Source: Ostrea edulis (lineage: Eukaryota). From it: a DNA stretch of 64,000 nucleotides. The notes beneath the pieces were generated by a model. That model worked only from the letters and a program-made list of their open reading frames with translations, made no database searches and was not told the DNA's origin. The stretch lies in contig NC_079169.1 in assembly GCF_947568905.1 (NCBI RefSeq), positions 6,696,001 to 6,760,000 on the forward strand. The letters are read 5' to 3'. Positions 39,122 to 52,324 of the stretch are shown here, in pieces. Each line of letters opens with the position of its first letter. Within the stretch, counting starts at the first letter, position 1. The position numbers and the translations under genes were made by a program.

Positions 39122-41142
39122 CTTGTTTTCAAATTGTGGCTATTGCCACCATTAGATCATCTACCTGGAATGTCAACACCTTCGGACGGTTCCAAGTTTA
39201 AAATTGACAGGGGTGGTCAGCATTACAGGTGTGATTTATTGAATTTTCTTAAGAAGATGATAAAATGTCAAGAATTGTGTAATATGAAAGAAACATTTCA
39301 AAATTTGAAAATCAAACGCAAATGAAATGAAGTATTTATGCGCGATTCTGTAAAATAAAAAGCATATAAACACTTAACAGTAGATCTATACATGCATAAA
39401 GGGAGAAAACTCGTATCGTGCGAAGCAAGGCTAGGACCGCACATGCAACAACCGATAGGTAACTTTAAAAGCAGGGTCTTTATAAAAAAATAAATAAATA
39501 TCAATTTGCTTGTTTATGTGTGCGCGTATATCTGTGACTGTTTTGTTCACTTTTTATTTTTAGATATTTGTTTGTGCTCATTCAAGTCATAGATTTTAAA
39601 CCAAAACAAGACCGGCAAAAAAAAAAAAAAAAATCAAAAAAAAATCCCAAAACAACCCCCAAACCAGACCCAAAAAAAACCCATTAGATGCTCATACCTG
39701 ACATAGAGTAATCATTATCTGAGGACTGAGGGTATATGCTATGACCCTGGTCAAGGTAAATTGTTCAAGGTTACTGGGAGAAAAAGATTACACAGTTGTA
39801 ATAAAGAATGATTAGAAGTTCTCACTTGACAGAAGGTTGTTTAAGACATGCAACTGACAACATCTTGACCCAGTCACTCCCTCTAGTTCAAAGTTCACAG
39901 GCAAACTCTTTATTTGTAACAAACAGTAATTTCTCATTCTTAAAATTTTGTATATGACCTATGAAGGTACATTATACATGTATGTTGACCCTGATCTCAA
40001 GGTCATTTGTTTACGTTCAGGGTCTTTTTTTTTCTTGGTTTCACAATATGAACACAACTGCAAAGATGAAAAAAGTATCAGATTTAATTCTACAGTTAGG
40101 AGGAATAAAACACCAGAGAAATTTTATATGGATGAAAAGTGGAGGATGTGTTTAATATATTTTGAAATTGAAAACTTTCAAATTTTCTTTAGTCAAAATA
40201 TATTACTTTTAGTAGAAATTTATCTAAAACAAAATGTAAAACCCAATCCCCTGGTGGACATGAACCTGTGAGCCACAGACAGCAGCTGATACTTTGGCGA
40301 GCCACAGACAGCAGCCGATACGTTGACCTAACTTGACCAAGATACCCAACAAGGCAATCAAATTTAAAAGGAATATACAAATATTGCTGATATTTATATC
40401 TTCATTCATGTTTTAAAAGGAAGTCAGCCATTATGACAATGTAATATACCTCCTTAAATTATTACAGATATCCAGAACTAATGACAAGAGTTTCTGTGAC
40501 CCAGAACTAATGACAAGAGTTTCTGTGACCTTGCACAATTTGTGGTCATGTCATGCCCTCTGGCCATAGGAAACCTTTACGACTATCTACAGTTTCTTTA
40601 CAATGCTTCAGACAGGAAGTTGCATGTACAGACAAATGTGATTAGGATTTCTAATACCACAGGGCCACACAAAATTATTATAACAATAGTTCAACACATG
40701 AATACTTGTTAAATACTTTATTTTCATACGTACAAAATATTATGAGCAGTATGACATTCAATATATACATTAAATTACATATTATGTTACAGAGGTGATG
40801 AAACTGATAGGTATGAAAACATGATATTTGAAGTTAAATTGCATAATGCTAGATCTTCAGATCTGGAACATACAATAGATAAATGAAGCTGCTCCTCTAA
40901 AAAAAATCCAATTACATGATAATGCAATGAGTTCATATTTACAAAATCATGAAGATGCATATAAAATAATGACAATAGGAATTTTCATCCACCATACAAT
41001 GAATGGCCTTGAAGAAAGGTGAAAACATTCTATTCTTCCAGATAATTGACGACACTGTATATTTGGTTCATAGTAAATGTTTAAAAGAAAAATTCCATAT
41101 ACACTGTTGGATGGATATTGTCTGCAATGGAACTCCCCCCCA

Positions 41143-44100
41143 CTAGTATATTGGTGGAGCGGGTTTTATGATCTGCCCTCCATATCTGGGTTTCTCCTGA
41201 CTTTTCTTCTGGTCAAACCGAGTCTGTGTGGCTGAAAACGTGGCACAGAATCCCGCAAAGAGAAGCAGGAAGCCGGACATGACCATCAGGCCAAAGGAGA
41301 AGGAGAGGTAATTCTTGTCTGGATTCTGGATCCACTGACGGTTTACGACAGACATGGTGCCAAACAGCAATATGCTGATACCGGTCACCACCCCTAGAAA
41401 ATGGAAGATGCCATCAAAATAAAATACATGTATTATCTGTTTTCTAGTTATGTTCATTGTACACAAGAATCTCCCAATAATTTCCATGTTTTGATGGTAA
41501 TTGTGTAATTACTACATGGTCTATAACTACTTCTCATGAAATGAGGACCCAAGCATTGAAATTGTGCGCAAATATTTTTCAAACATTCAGAAATGATCTT
41601 TAAAAATTTGGCAATAAGATGTAATTCTGATATTAATTTTTTAAACTTTGTATTGCCAAAAGTTAAGATCATCTTACCACACACAATCGATCCTACTCCG
41701 ATGGACATGAGTGCCCCAAAGCTGTGTTTGCCTGGACATATGTTGAGGATGATCATGACAGTGAGAGCAAGGATGACCAGCTCTGCCAACAGGGTTAGGG
41801 TCATCATCACCTGGATGGACAGGAACCAGGCTACAAAGAGATCATAAGATGTATCATAAATGAAAGTCACTCTGTCCTGATATAAAACACATTACAAGGT
41901 GTAATAAAGGGAAGTTACTCTGTCCTGATTAAATAAACACATTACAAAGAAATCAGAAGATGTGTAATAAAGGGAAATTACTCTGTACCAATATATGAAC
42001 ATGTAATAAAGGGAAATTAAGATTAAGAAGCACATTACAAAATCATAAGGTCTGTAATAAAGGGAGGTTACTCTGTCCTGATTCAGAACCACACTACAAA
42101 GAAATCCTAAGGGTTGTAATGAGGGGAAATTACTCTGTACCAATATATGAACACGTAATAAAGGGAAATTACTCTGTCCTGATTAAGAACCACATTACAA
42201 AATCATATAAAGGTTTGTAATAAAGGGAGGTTACTCTGTACTGATACAGGAACCACTAGAAGATTGTTAAAGAAGGTACTATAGTATATTGTCCTTAAAT
42301 AGGAACCAGAAAGTAGAAAGAGATTAACAGGTACAACACTAAAACACTCAAAATATCACAGACACTTATAAAACAAGAAGTTTATAAAATAAAGATCACA
42401 AATAAGGGTTTATTACAATAATATGCCCAGATCACAAATAAGGGTTTATTGCAATAATATGCCCAGATCACAAATAAGGGTTTATTACAATAATATGCCC
42501 AGATCACAAATAAGGGTTTATTACAATAATATGCCCAGATCACAAATAAGGGTTTATTACAATAATATGCCCAGATCAAAAATAAGGGTTTATTACAATA
42601 ATATGCCCAGATCACAAATAAGGGTTTATTACAATAATATGCCCAGATCACAAATAAGGGTTTATTACAATAATATGCCCAGATCACAAATAAGGGTTTA
42701 TTACAATAATATAATGCCCAGATCACAAATAAAGGTTTAATACAATAATATGCCCAGATCACAAACAAGGGTTTATTACAATAATATGCCCAGATCACAA
42801 ATAAGGGTTACATTGCAGAGTAATAATATACCATAATTAAAATCGTAAAGTGTTATTAACTGTTAAAACTAGCCCACTGATAGGTGACTGTTGTCACGTG
42901 AAGCACATCAAAGAGGAAACACTCATACGTCTGCAAGAATCTAGTAAAGTGCTTTATACTGTATAATTTATATATACAATCACTGTATCATACAGAGGTG
43001 TGAACTGACAGTGTTGTAGAGAGTAAAAGTTCCGTACAAAACTACAGGGAAAAATCCGGAGCAGTGCCTCCTTGGTACTTACATGGATTAATCCAGTGGA
43101 AGATCGGTCGGTATTCATAGGAATAAATCCACCAGCATCCATCATAGATCTTTCCATTGTAGTCATTAAAATATGTCCAATGGTTGAAGCATGCTTCCCA
43201 AAGTCCCAACTGAAAATGTTATTAGAATTACTTATCTCTGATCAATAAAGAATAATCAATCGTAATCGGATCTTAGATGATTATATATACAATGTACAAT
43301 ATGAAGAGGTAGATATGAAAAATAGTGTAATATTATTGACTTTGTTGAAGTTGATACAGGTCTTTTATCAGAAATTGATAATTCCTTTATTAACCAAAAC
43401 AAAGTTCAGCAATTATCATATAATATGGAAATATATACATGTGCATTCCTTAATTTCTGATATGATTATCCCTAAAACCCCACAGAAATCTTGAAACTTT
43501 CTTCTGTGTGCATGACATCACAACATCAAATAATTATCAAGGTCACCATAAATGATGAAGTTGATGTCGCATTGCACGTTAACCAATCACCAGCCAGAAA
43601 ACAACCATGCCAGTATGCGAGGTTGATATATGATAATCCAAATGTAAGTCACAAAAAATTGGACTGTTTACAATAACCCTAGGATTTCTTTGGTTGTACA
43701 GTGTCGAATGCCATGGTTACTGAGTCCGATATTACATACGCTAGTGTAAACGGAGACAAAAGGCGTGGCTTGCCACGATGCTGGTTATATTGTCAGCAAA
43801 ACTGTAACTGTATAAGGTTTATCCAATCACACGAAACTTTGTATTTGAACAGGTCAAGAATGCATTTCACACCCAATGAAGGACTCACGACAAGTACAGT
43901 TACTGTAAGGATTCAGTGTATATATAAAGTTCAAAAAGCTAATACTACAATAACTTTGATTAATTGAAAGGCACAAGGCTCAAAGACTTTAAAAATTAAA
44001 ATCTAAAAAAGTTACAAGATTGACACCAATTATTGTTATAATGAGCATCGATTTTTGGCAAATAAAAGAACAAGTATTAAAGTGGACCACTGAAAACAAA

Positions 44101-44585
44101 TGTTAACTACAATCCATATATGTGTGTGTGAAAGAGAGAGGAGAGGAGAGAGAAGGGAGGGAGATAGAGAGAGGAGAGAGATAGAGAGAGAGAGAGGGGG
44201 GGAGACAGATAGAGAGAGGAAGGAGAGAGAGAGAGGAGGGAGATAGAGAGAAGGGAGGGGGAGAGGAGAGAGAAGAGGGAGATAGAGAGAAGAGTGAGAG
44301 AGAGACTTAAAATGCCTTTCATTCAGCATTACACTCCATGCTTAGTAACAGACCCAAACATGAATTCAAATTAGAATAACTTGAATCTAAAATTTCATTT
44401 CCTGTTTACCTGTAAATATACCTGGATTTCGATCTTACCTTTACAAAACCGTTTTTCAATTTGTAGCGGTCATCGGCTTCCAGCCAGTTTGGCGTCGAAA
44501 AAGCGATGAGAAAGAAAAGGAATCCTATCGATGTAAACACCAACGAAGATATCAGCAGGTACCTCGACCTGTTCCAGGTAGCCAT
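41143..44585 (-). CDS. Claudin-like tetraspan protein 2, 225 aa; join(44439..44585,43083..43209,41678..41830,41143..41393)
   Basis: GT-AG introns, phases 0/1/1, 678 nt; STPNW, LGLWEACF...GCWW, KNYLSFSFG; ends PAPPIY. Confidence 0.92.
41865..42250. repeat. Degenerate tandem array (TAATAAAGGGAAATTACTCTGT core), intronic
   Basis: About eight visible copies of the core. Confidence 0.8.
42394..42810. repeat. Tandem array, 36-bp unit (GATCACAAATAAGGGTTTATTACAATAATATGCCCA), ~11.5 copies, intronic
   Basis: Direct; explains the 12-aa-repeat ORFs at 42382-42798. Confidence 0.97.
44130..44305. repeat. GA-rich low-complexity/microsatellite tract
   Basis: Direct. Confidence 0.9.
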
Positions 44586-46877
44586 TTTGATTTTCGCCAC
44601 ACCGGAAGTTGACAGGTGAAAATCTTACATTTGGAAGAGTCCACATTGAGTCAGGGATGTGTCATGTTCGTAAAAATAAATTTCTTTGTTACATCCATAA
44701 AGAAAACCAGGAATGTACAATATGTACTTGAATGTATATAAGAGGAAACTAGAGATATCTATATAACACAGAATATAATTTTTTTAAAACAAAAATTATA
44801 GTACATGTGATTGAATTTCAACTATATATGTGCTTTGTGTATTCAAAATCGAATTTTAATTGGAATTTTTGCAAACACTAGTTAATGACTAATAGTCCTT
44901 GTAACAAATATGTTATGGGATACGCCATCATTTACAGATTTCAGAACCACCTTGTCGTACAATATGTACCTGTATTTGACTGACTTGTCAGATAAGACAG
45001 TCGCCTTTAAAATATAAAGGTTTTATGAGAAAAATGGATCGCAGTTTGGTACCAAAAAATAAATTTCTGAAGATATATTTGACAAATTTAAATTTGTAAA
45101 GAAATTAAAATTTTCAGTTTCCCATAGAATTCTCAAGGATTTTTGTTTCCCTTAAAAAATCCAAGAAAAGTCCCATACGAAATTCACACTCAGGAATTTT
45201 TACAAAATCTGTGAGGTGGAAGTCACTTAAGACAAAGGTGGTTTCGAAGTCAGCAAATGGTGCTCCATCAGATGGCGAGAGTAAATTAATACGCAAAATA
45301 CGCAGGGAAGGGGGTGGGTCTGCTCAAGTGTGGAAAGAAGTATGAGCCGAACAGAAGATTATTTTGACACCAGGTTTTTGTAGTTCAATATTGGAATTCT
45401 TATAAAGATTGAAGATACCACTGCACCAGTGTTACAACATAAACGTCGATTAACAAAACAGAAAAGTGAAATATTCTGATTAAGAAAATTATCCTGGATT
45501 TGCTGAATATGGAATGGGTTGAGGGGGGCCTCCTAATTCTATGAATATTTAACAATGCACTTAGTTTATTCAATGTTTTATTCAGCAAGTAATGAAAGGG
45601 GCTGGTCATGAATAGCAGGTTAACACGAAGGTCATGACAAGCATGCTCTCTCTCTCTGACTGTCTGTCTCTCTGTGTTTTTGTAAATGTATGTACATATA
45701 TTTCGCTGCCTGAATTTCTGATAACATATTACGATGAAAGGTACGTGTATATATGAAATGCAAAGTTTAAGTTCAACACTATGCATACTTCAACCAAAGA
45801 GCAAACTGAATTCCAACAACTGCATGCCATGACCAAAAAATGACTCAATTTCTACAGTGTGAAAACGCTATTTGTACTCAAATTATATTTTACGATTTTC
45901 TAATATCACGGGGGTCAATGTGATGTCCGTAACTGCTGACATCCCAAGATGGATGACGCCAACTCAGCTGAAAATTATCATCGTTCATTTAATTTTGTGA
46001 TAATAAATGATTATTTTTTCGTGTTTTTTGGTGTATTGATTAGATATAGAAATAAAATATACAATAGCTTTTTCATACTTTAATCCCTTAATGAGGATAT
46101 CCATCGTACAAACACGAGGTGATGAGGATAGCTGTAAAAATGATGTTCTTAACTGATAAGAAAACCTCAGGATGTCCGTAACTGTCGACTTTTATATACA
46201 TTGTATACGAGTATTTCATATTTGTGTTGTTTACTGTTGTCAGTTTGAATTATATTGTGTAACTCAATGATTAGGCGGGTTATGCAATGCTAGCTACTTT
46301 CATCACCCGATGAAATAACAAAGCAAGCATTTCATTGTTTAAATGTATTTATAAAAAATAAAAAATCATATTTACATTTTACTTTCATTTCTGTCGGAGA
46401 ATTCTCAGTCGTTGAAATTGTAGACTTGTTATATTTATCCAGATTTACACGTGCATTGTTCACATTCATGAGGAAATGGCTATCATTTCAATTGTTAAAG
46501 ACACCAAAGGCAAAACAATAATAGAAATGAAGTTTAACACTAAACTGACCCGTTGTTTCAGTCTGGAAAACATGCACAGGTTCACTGAATCTACCAAGAT
46601 AGTGTGTAAACGATGACCAAGTATTGAAAGAAAAACCCCAACCAATTTAGCTAAATGCTTTCCTGAAGAAATATTTCAGGTTTTAGTGTCGCCGGCACAG
46701 CACTGTTGCCTAATTATGATCATGTTATTTTCATGAATAATTGATATTACATTGTAGCTCGTCTCTAGAAGACTATTTATTGCGTCACAGTTTATACTAT
46801 ACAAAAAAAAAAAAAATAAAAAAATAAAATAAAATACAAAAACACTTCAAACATAATAATAACACAGAAAACAAAAC

Positions 46878-47047
46878 TCGTATCAAAGTACATAACAATT
46901 AACTCCGTCATAATGACTATGTATCAAAGTACACAACAATTAACTCTGTCATAATGACTCTGTATCAAAGTACACAACAATTAACTCTGTCATAATGACT
47001 CTGTATCAAAGTACACAACAATTAACTCTGTCATAATGACTCTGTAT
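46878..47047. repeat. Tandem array, 41-bp unit, ~4 copies
   Basis: GTATCAAAGTACACAACAATTAACTCTGTCATAATGACTCT repeated. Confidence 0.93.
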
Positions 47048-48187
47048 CAATCAAAATGACTGGAATGGAGTTTTATGATAAAAAAAACACAAGAACAACC
47101 CATCAAAAGTTCAAAAACTTTTAAAATACGGAAGATTTCACTGTCGATTTCAGGATAAGAAAAACCACTCTAGACAAAATACCTGCCCGTTAATAGTTAA
47201 TTCTACACATACATATACTAAGTAACTCGCTGCTACATGATTTTTAACCAACTTCTGTAAAGTTATCATCTCTAATGGCCACTAATGTAAACATTGTCTT
47301 ATTCAATATAAACAGGTGCACGCAGTGCATTGAACAATGAAGATTATTTACAACAGCATGTTTAATTGCAATATGATTTGGAGGCCACTACAGTGCCTCT
47401 TGTGGGATGTTGGGACTTTAGTTCCTATTTAAGAGGACTACGTGTACATATCGTGTCCCTAAGTGTATATGATAAAATACTGTATAGCTCATCATGTAAG
47501 ATACCACATAATTATCAAATTGCAGATTCGTCTTCACATTATCTAATTTTTATGAGACTGACAATGATACAGCGATTCTGATTGGTTGAGAATTTCTATT
47601 ACTACCTACATCCACTGAAAATTGCATCACAACAACCCGTTGTTTTGAAATTTGTACCTTAACACCACGATTAGAGTTCTTAAAAATATAGTATCTATAA
47701 ATCAATACAAGGGGAATTAAATGATAAGAAATTACTCTACTAACATTTTTCGGCTGACCGGGATACCATTCAAAAACTACATGTTGGACGGAAAATTCCT
47801 GCATCAACGTGCCGCGCCTGTTGATGCATTTTGTTTATTGATGCCTTTTGAAATCATCGTAAGATTATTCATATGATACTACCAATGCTACTTAGCTACA
47901 CATACAAAAGCGAGTACTCCATTTCCTGTAGTAAAAGACTGTAACACTTTGCTTTTTAGCAATAAGAGCAGAAACATTAGTAATCCGGTGATTTTCGGTT
48001 CGTATAGTTAATAAGAAAAAAATGCATTTTATAATGGCACAATCTTAGAAGCTGTTGGAACCTTTCATATGACCTTTAGCACCAAGCGTATCTTCCTTAA
48101 GCAAAAAAGAAATTTGCTATTAAAAATTGTTTATCATTTGAATAGTTTCAACCATTAAATTATTGTTCTTATGGAAATCAATTTTCA

Positions 48188-48189
<2 letters not shown>

Positions 48190-48230
<41 letters not shown>
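48190..48230. repeat. (GT)n microsatellite
   Basis: Direct. Confidence 0.95.
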
Positions 48231-48235
<5 letters not shown>

Positions 48236-48474
48236 AAATTCTCTTTGCTAAAGTATACAAAACAAATTTTCTCTGTAACCAGCTATTTACAAAACAGTGC
48301 ATTCACAACACTAGTTCAGCACGTGACTCCATCCAACTACAAGATCCATCGATGGCCGGAATGGACACCGAGGTAGTTATTCAGTGCCGTGGATTTTGTT
48401 TTACCCTTTGGCAATGAGACAGCACCATGATGTTGCATTTGATGAATAATATCCAACAGTCAATTATAGACCGT

Positions 48475-51431
48475 TCAGGACCGATACGGAATTGCCCTTG
48501 GTCGATCATTAGCGTCTCTTCGAAACCTCCTAGCAGCCATGATTGTTGTCAAACCGGAAATGACGAAACATACGATGGCGGGAATGAGGATGTAGAAGGA
48601 CCACCCTTGATTGTGTTTTTCCTCGTTTTCAACCCATCGAAGATCATTCAGAGCTTTGGTGTGGAATACAATCAAGCTCACGAAACACAGAAAAGCTGAA
48701 AGTTAAACAATTATTTTATTTGAATAATTGGTACAATTTTTTCTACTGAATGGACAAGTGTGTTTCAGATACACATTATGGTGCACTGTTCTTCTGATCA
48801 GATAAATAAAACATCTCAAACTTTATCTGACAATATTATTAGGAGTATAACTGCAATGTGTTGTAATGCGAATGTCATTTTGAAGCTGAATATCAAGGAG
48901 AATCTTACTGAAATAAGTTTGGCGAGGAGCATGTTTTTTTTAAAGCTGTACATATATCTTAATTTGGTTATACTGAGTAGCAATGTGTTGTAATGCGAAT
49001 GTCATTTTGAAGCTGAATATCAAGGAGAATCTTACTGAAATAAGTTTGGCGAGGAGCATGTTTTTTTTAACGCTGTACATATATCTTAATTTGGTTATAC
49101 TGAGTAGCCTTTTTTTTTTTTATCTTTTCTTTTATCAATCAATCAATGTATTATTTTCTTGCAATACAAAGTAAAGCATTGTAAAGGATATTGATACATA
49201 TATTACAAAATAAAAGCAAACATGCAAATTATGACACAATCTACCTGAGATAAAGTTTATCCCCGCGGTGATCAACAACGTGATGAAAATAAACTTCTGA
49301 CGTAACATGTGGAACATGACGATGACGTAGCCAATGATGACGAAAATCTGCAGAATCAGGGAAACACACATGATGCCTTGTACTCCCCGCAACCACGCTA
49401 AAAATAGTAACAGGGAATTGTATTTATCAATTATGATACTAACAAATACATGGATTGAAGACTGAAACAGACCAGTAGGTAATAAATTGACTGTTTAAAC
49501 ATACAAATAATATGACTTACGGTGTGACCGTGTTTAGTTTAAACTTTATTTCATTTGAATGTGTCAACAATGAACATATATACTCAATAAATAATATGCA
49601 CACAGGATGCGGAAACAAGTTGTAGCAACTTATATTAATCCGTTTCCTTGAATTAAATTTGAATGGTAAATGTACATTTGCCCTTGTTGCATGACAAAGA
49701 TGAAAATGAAAAAGTAAAGAAAAATGAAAGAAAAAACTTTAACAAGTAAATAAATAAACATTTGAAGAGATGTAATAACACAAGTTAATAAACATATTCA
49801 CAATATAAATATACAGATGCATAAACATACATGTTTATAACGATCAGAAAGAAATGAATATACAATAACTTCCAAACAAGAAATGACACCTCCATGTAAA
49901 AGGATATTTACAGTTACTGGTCTTATTGGATCAATACATTTTTTTCTTACATCTTTGAAGAGAGGACATTCAAGTAAAAAGTGTGTTGTTTCGATTTTTT
50001 TTCACAGTCATAATTGATCTATTATGTGTTTCTTGAATATATGGGATTTGAGAGTACTGCAGTTGAGTCTAAGTCGTGTGTGTAGTGTCTTGTGTTAAGC
50101 ACGCATTTTAAATTTGAAATTGAAGGCTTCTCTTGTACGCTTGATGGAAGACCGTTCCAAAGCGGTGTAGTGGACGGAAGAAAATATTGTGCAAAGTGGT
50201 TTGTGTTGAACTTTGGTTGAATAATACAGTGCGATCGTCTAGTGGGGTATTGGTTGATGGCGAACAATATTGGCATTAGTATCTAGATCCATAACAGGAC
50301 AAAAAATATCCCGAAATACTGAGTATTAGCACCTAACGTGCTCAATCAAAGTATTCTGACTTTAGACATTTTTGATACGCCTATTCATTGAACGCGGGAA
50401 ACTCTGTGCAACTGATGTAAATAGTGCATTGTGACGTCATATTCAGCGTGGGTGTTTAGCAAATACACAAACATAGGAGCCATGGCACAATCGCGTTAAT
50501 CGAGGAGTGATTACATATGATTTAGAAAAAAAGATTTACATGCTTTTATGTGTTTTAAGTAACATCTCAGAACGACGTGAACTTGGGTACACGAGATTCA
50601 AAATGAAGAAATACATGTCCACACGCTAGTATTCGAATCGGCACCATTGGGACCAACATTTTCAAGTTCCATAGGTAAGGTTTAATTTTTCATTAGTTTT
50701 CTATAATTTCCTTTTAAACATGTATATACGTGTTACCTATAGGGAGACACGTATTACAAAATAAAATTATTACAATTAAAATTATTATTAAATGTGGAAC
50801 ATGACGATGACGTAGCCAATGATGACGAAAATCTGCAGAATGAGGGAAACACACATGATGCCTTGTACTCCCCGCAACCACGCTTCGGGCCGTCAGAGGG
50901 CTTCGCCCTCTATTAAATACATTGCAATTCAAAAAGTCCAGATCTCCCTCTTTCTCTATCTGTCTATCTATCTAACATTGACTGAATTTACTTATTATTC
51001 AAAATTATTATGCAAAACACCTACACCAAAAGCTGTATATACACACGCCAAACCAAACGGGAAATAACACATATACAATAACTGCTCCCCTGATTGATGG
51101 TATCGGTATTGCGCTGTACTGTACTATAGAAAGGGTTATGTGTCGTTACACCAGTCCCTTGGTACTTACACGGCCAAATCCACTCTCTGATTGCGTCGAA
51201 ATCGGACGACAGCATCCACCTGCAGCCATCATAAACATTTTGTGTAGGGTCTTTGTAGTACCGCCAACTCCGGAAGCAGGCTTCCCACAAGCCGAGACTC
51301 AGAAACCCTTGGTTGTCATTCGCGTTGGGCTGTAACCAGTTTCCGGTCCCAAAACTCAGGAGGAAGAAGATCATACCAGCAGAACATACCAGAAGAGAAA
51401 CCAAAACAATTTTAGTGGCCTTGTTAGCCAT
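48475..51431 (-). CDS. Claudin-like tetraspan protein 3, 211 aa; join(51170..51431,49245..49397,48475..48695)
   Basis: GT-AG introns, phases 1/1, 636 nt; GTGNW, LGLWEACF...GCRW, 153-bp central exon, GWSF before TM4. Confidence 0.9.
48853..49108. repeat. 127-bp tandem duplication in the last intron of claudin-like 3
   Basis: GCAATGTGTTGTAATGCG... starts at 48853 and again at 48980, near-identical. Confidence 0.93.
49930..50280 (-). mobile_element. Decayed LINE 3' fragment
   Basis: FLPSTTPLWNGLP and C...ETTHFLLECPLFKDVR-type C-terminal motifs on the minus strand. Confidence 0.6.
50281..50910 (+). mobile_element. Putative non-autonomous Helitron/Helentron-like element carrying a host exon fragment
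   Basis: Candidate A|TC 5' end (TCTAGATCC) and terminal GC hairpin AGAGGGC-TTC-GCCCTCT followed by ATT; boundaries inferred. Confidence 0.4.
50792..50884 (-). pseudogene. 93-bp partial copy of claudin-like 3 exon 2 (source 49307-49399)
   Basis: 92/93 identity (one synonymous change); followed in frame by an immediate TAA; acceptor lacks a polypyrimidine tract. Confidence 0.92.
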
Positions 51432-52324
51432 GATGTCGCTAAATTATCAGAAAGGTTAATACAGGTAGGGCGAGTCCATTTTCACCTGATCAAGGGATGT
51501 CATGAATTTAGTCAGTTGTACGTCAATTTGATACATGTAAGCACACACCAATGACGTTGATAAAACGATTTTTAATTAATTTGGGAGAAAGATGGCTAAT
51601 TAAAAAGGACCTGTTGTAAAGTCCCTATAGTCGACAAATTCCATGTTCACAGATTGACAATTTCAAATAGAAATCTACAGAAGCTCTCGGTGCCAGGGTA
51701 AAGAATTGGTATCGGAGGTTCGCTCGGAGTTTTGTACTATTGACAATTTTTAGAAGTATACACTGTATTTTGATTTCTGCATTGAAGAGGAATTATGGAT
51801 GTAAAAGAAAACCTGGAGTTAAGGTGCCTGTTATTGAATTACAGTGTGTTAACTAACCGTTCTGTATTTAAAATTCACTAAGTTTATGCATTCGATTTGT
51901 CTGTTGGTGTCAACACGAAATATACAACACAAATCAACTAAATACATAGCCATGTCATCTGACAATATAGATATTAAAAGGTTTAATGCTTTATGCATTT
52001 TTAATATTGAAAATAATTACCTTTTCGCACTAAATATACGTAAAAAATTGTCATGGAATGACATTACGGGTATTCTGAAAGTTAGGTACAGTAGAGTTTA
52101 AAATTAAAACTTCGAGGTCCTTGTTTGGAAAATGCTCTATATCTTGCATTAGAATTTACACATGTTTGTGTATTTCTGTTATCAAAAACAATGGGGAGGG
52201 TGGGGGTGGGGGTCCGTACCGTTAAAAATTCCAAACCATTACAAACATATTTCACATTAGCGCTATACAGGGACTTGTAGATTGATTCACGGGCTTAGCC
52301 TTGTGGATTGATTTACGTCCTGTC

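Noticed and set aside
42382-42798. 12-aa-repeat ORFs on both strands
   Set aside because: 36-bp intronic minisatellite whose unit is a multiple of three
44586-44600. GTG start given by the ORF track for claudin-like 2
   Set aside because: Eukaryotic gene; in-frame ATG at 44585 in good context (AAAATGG)
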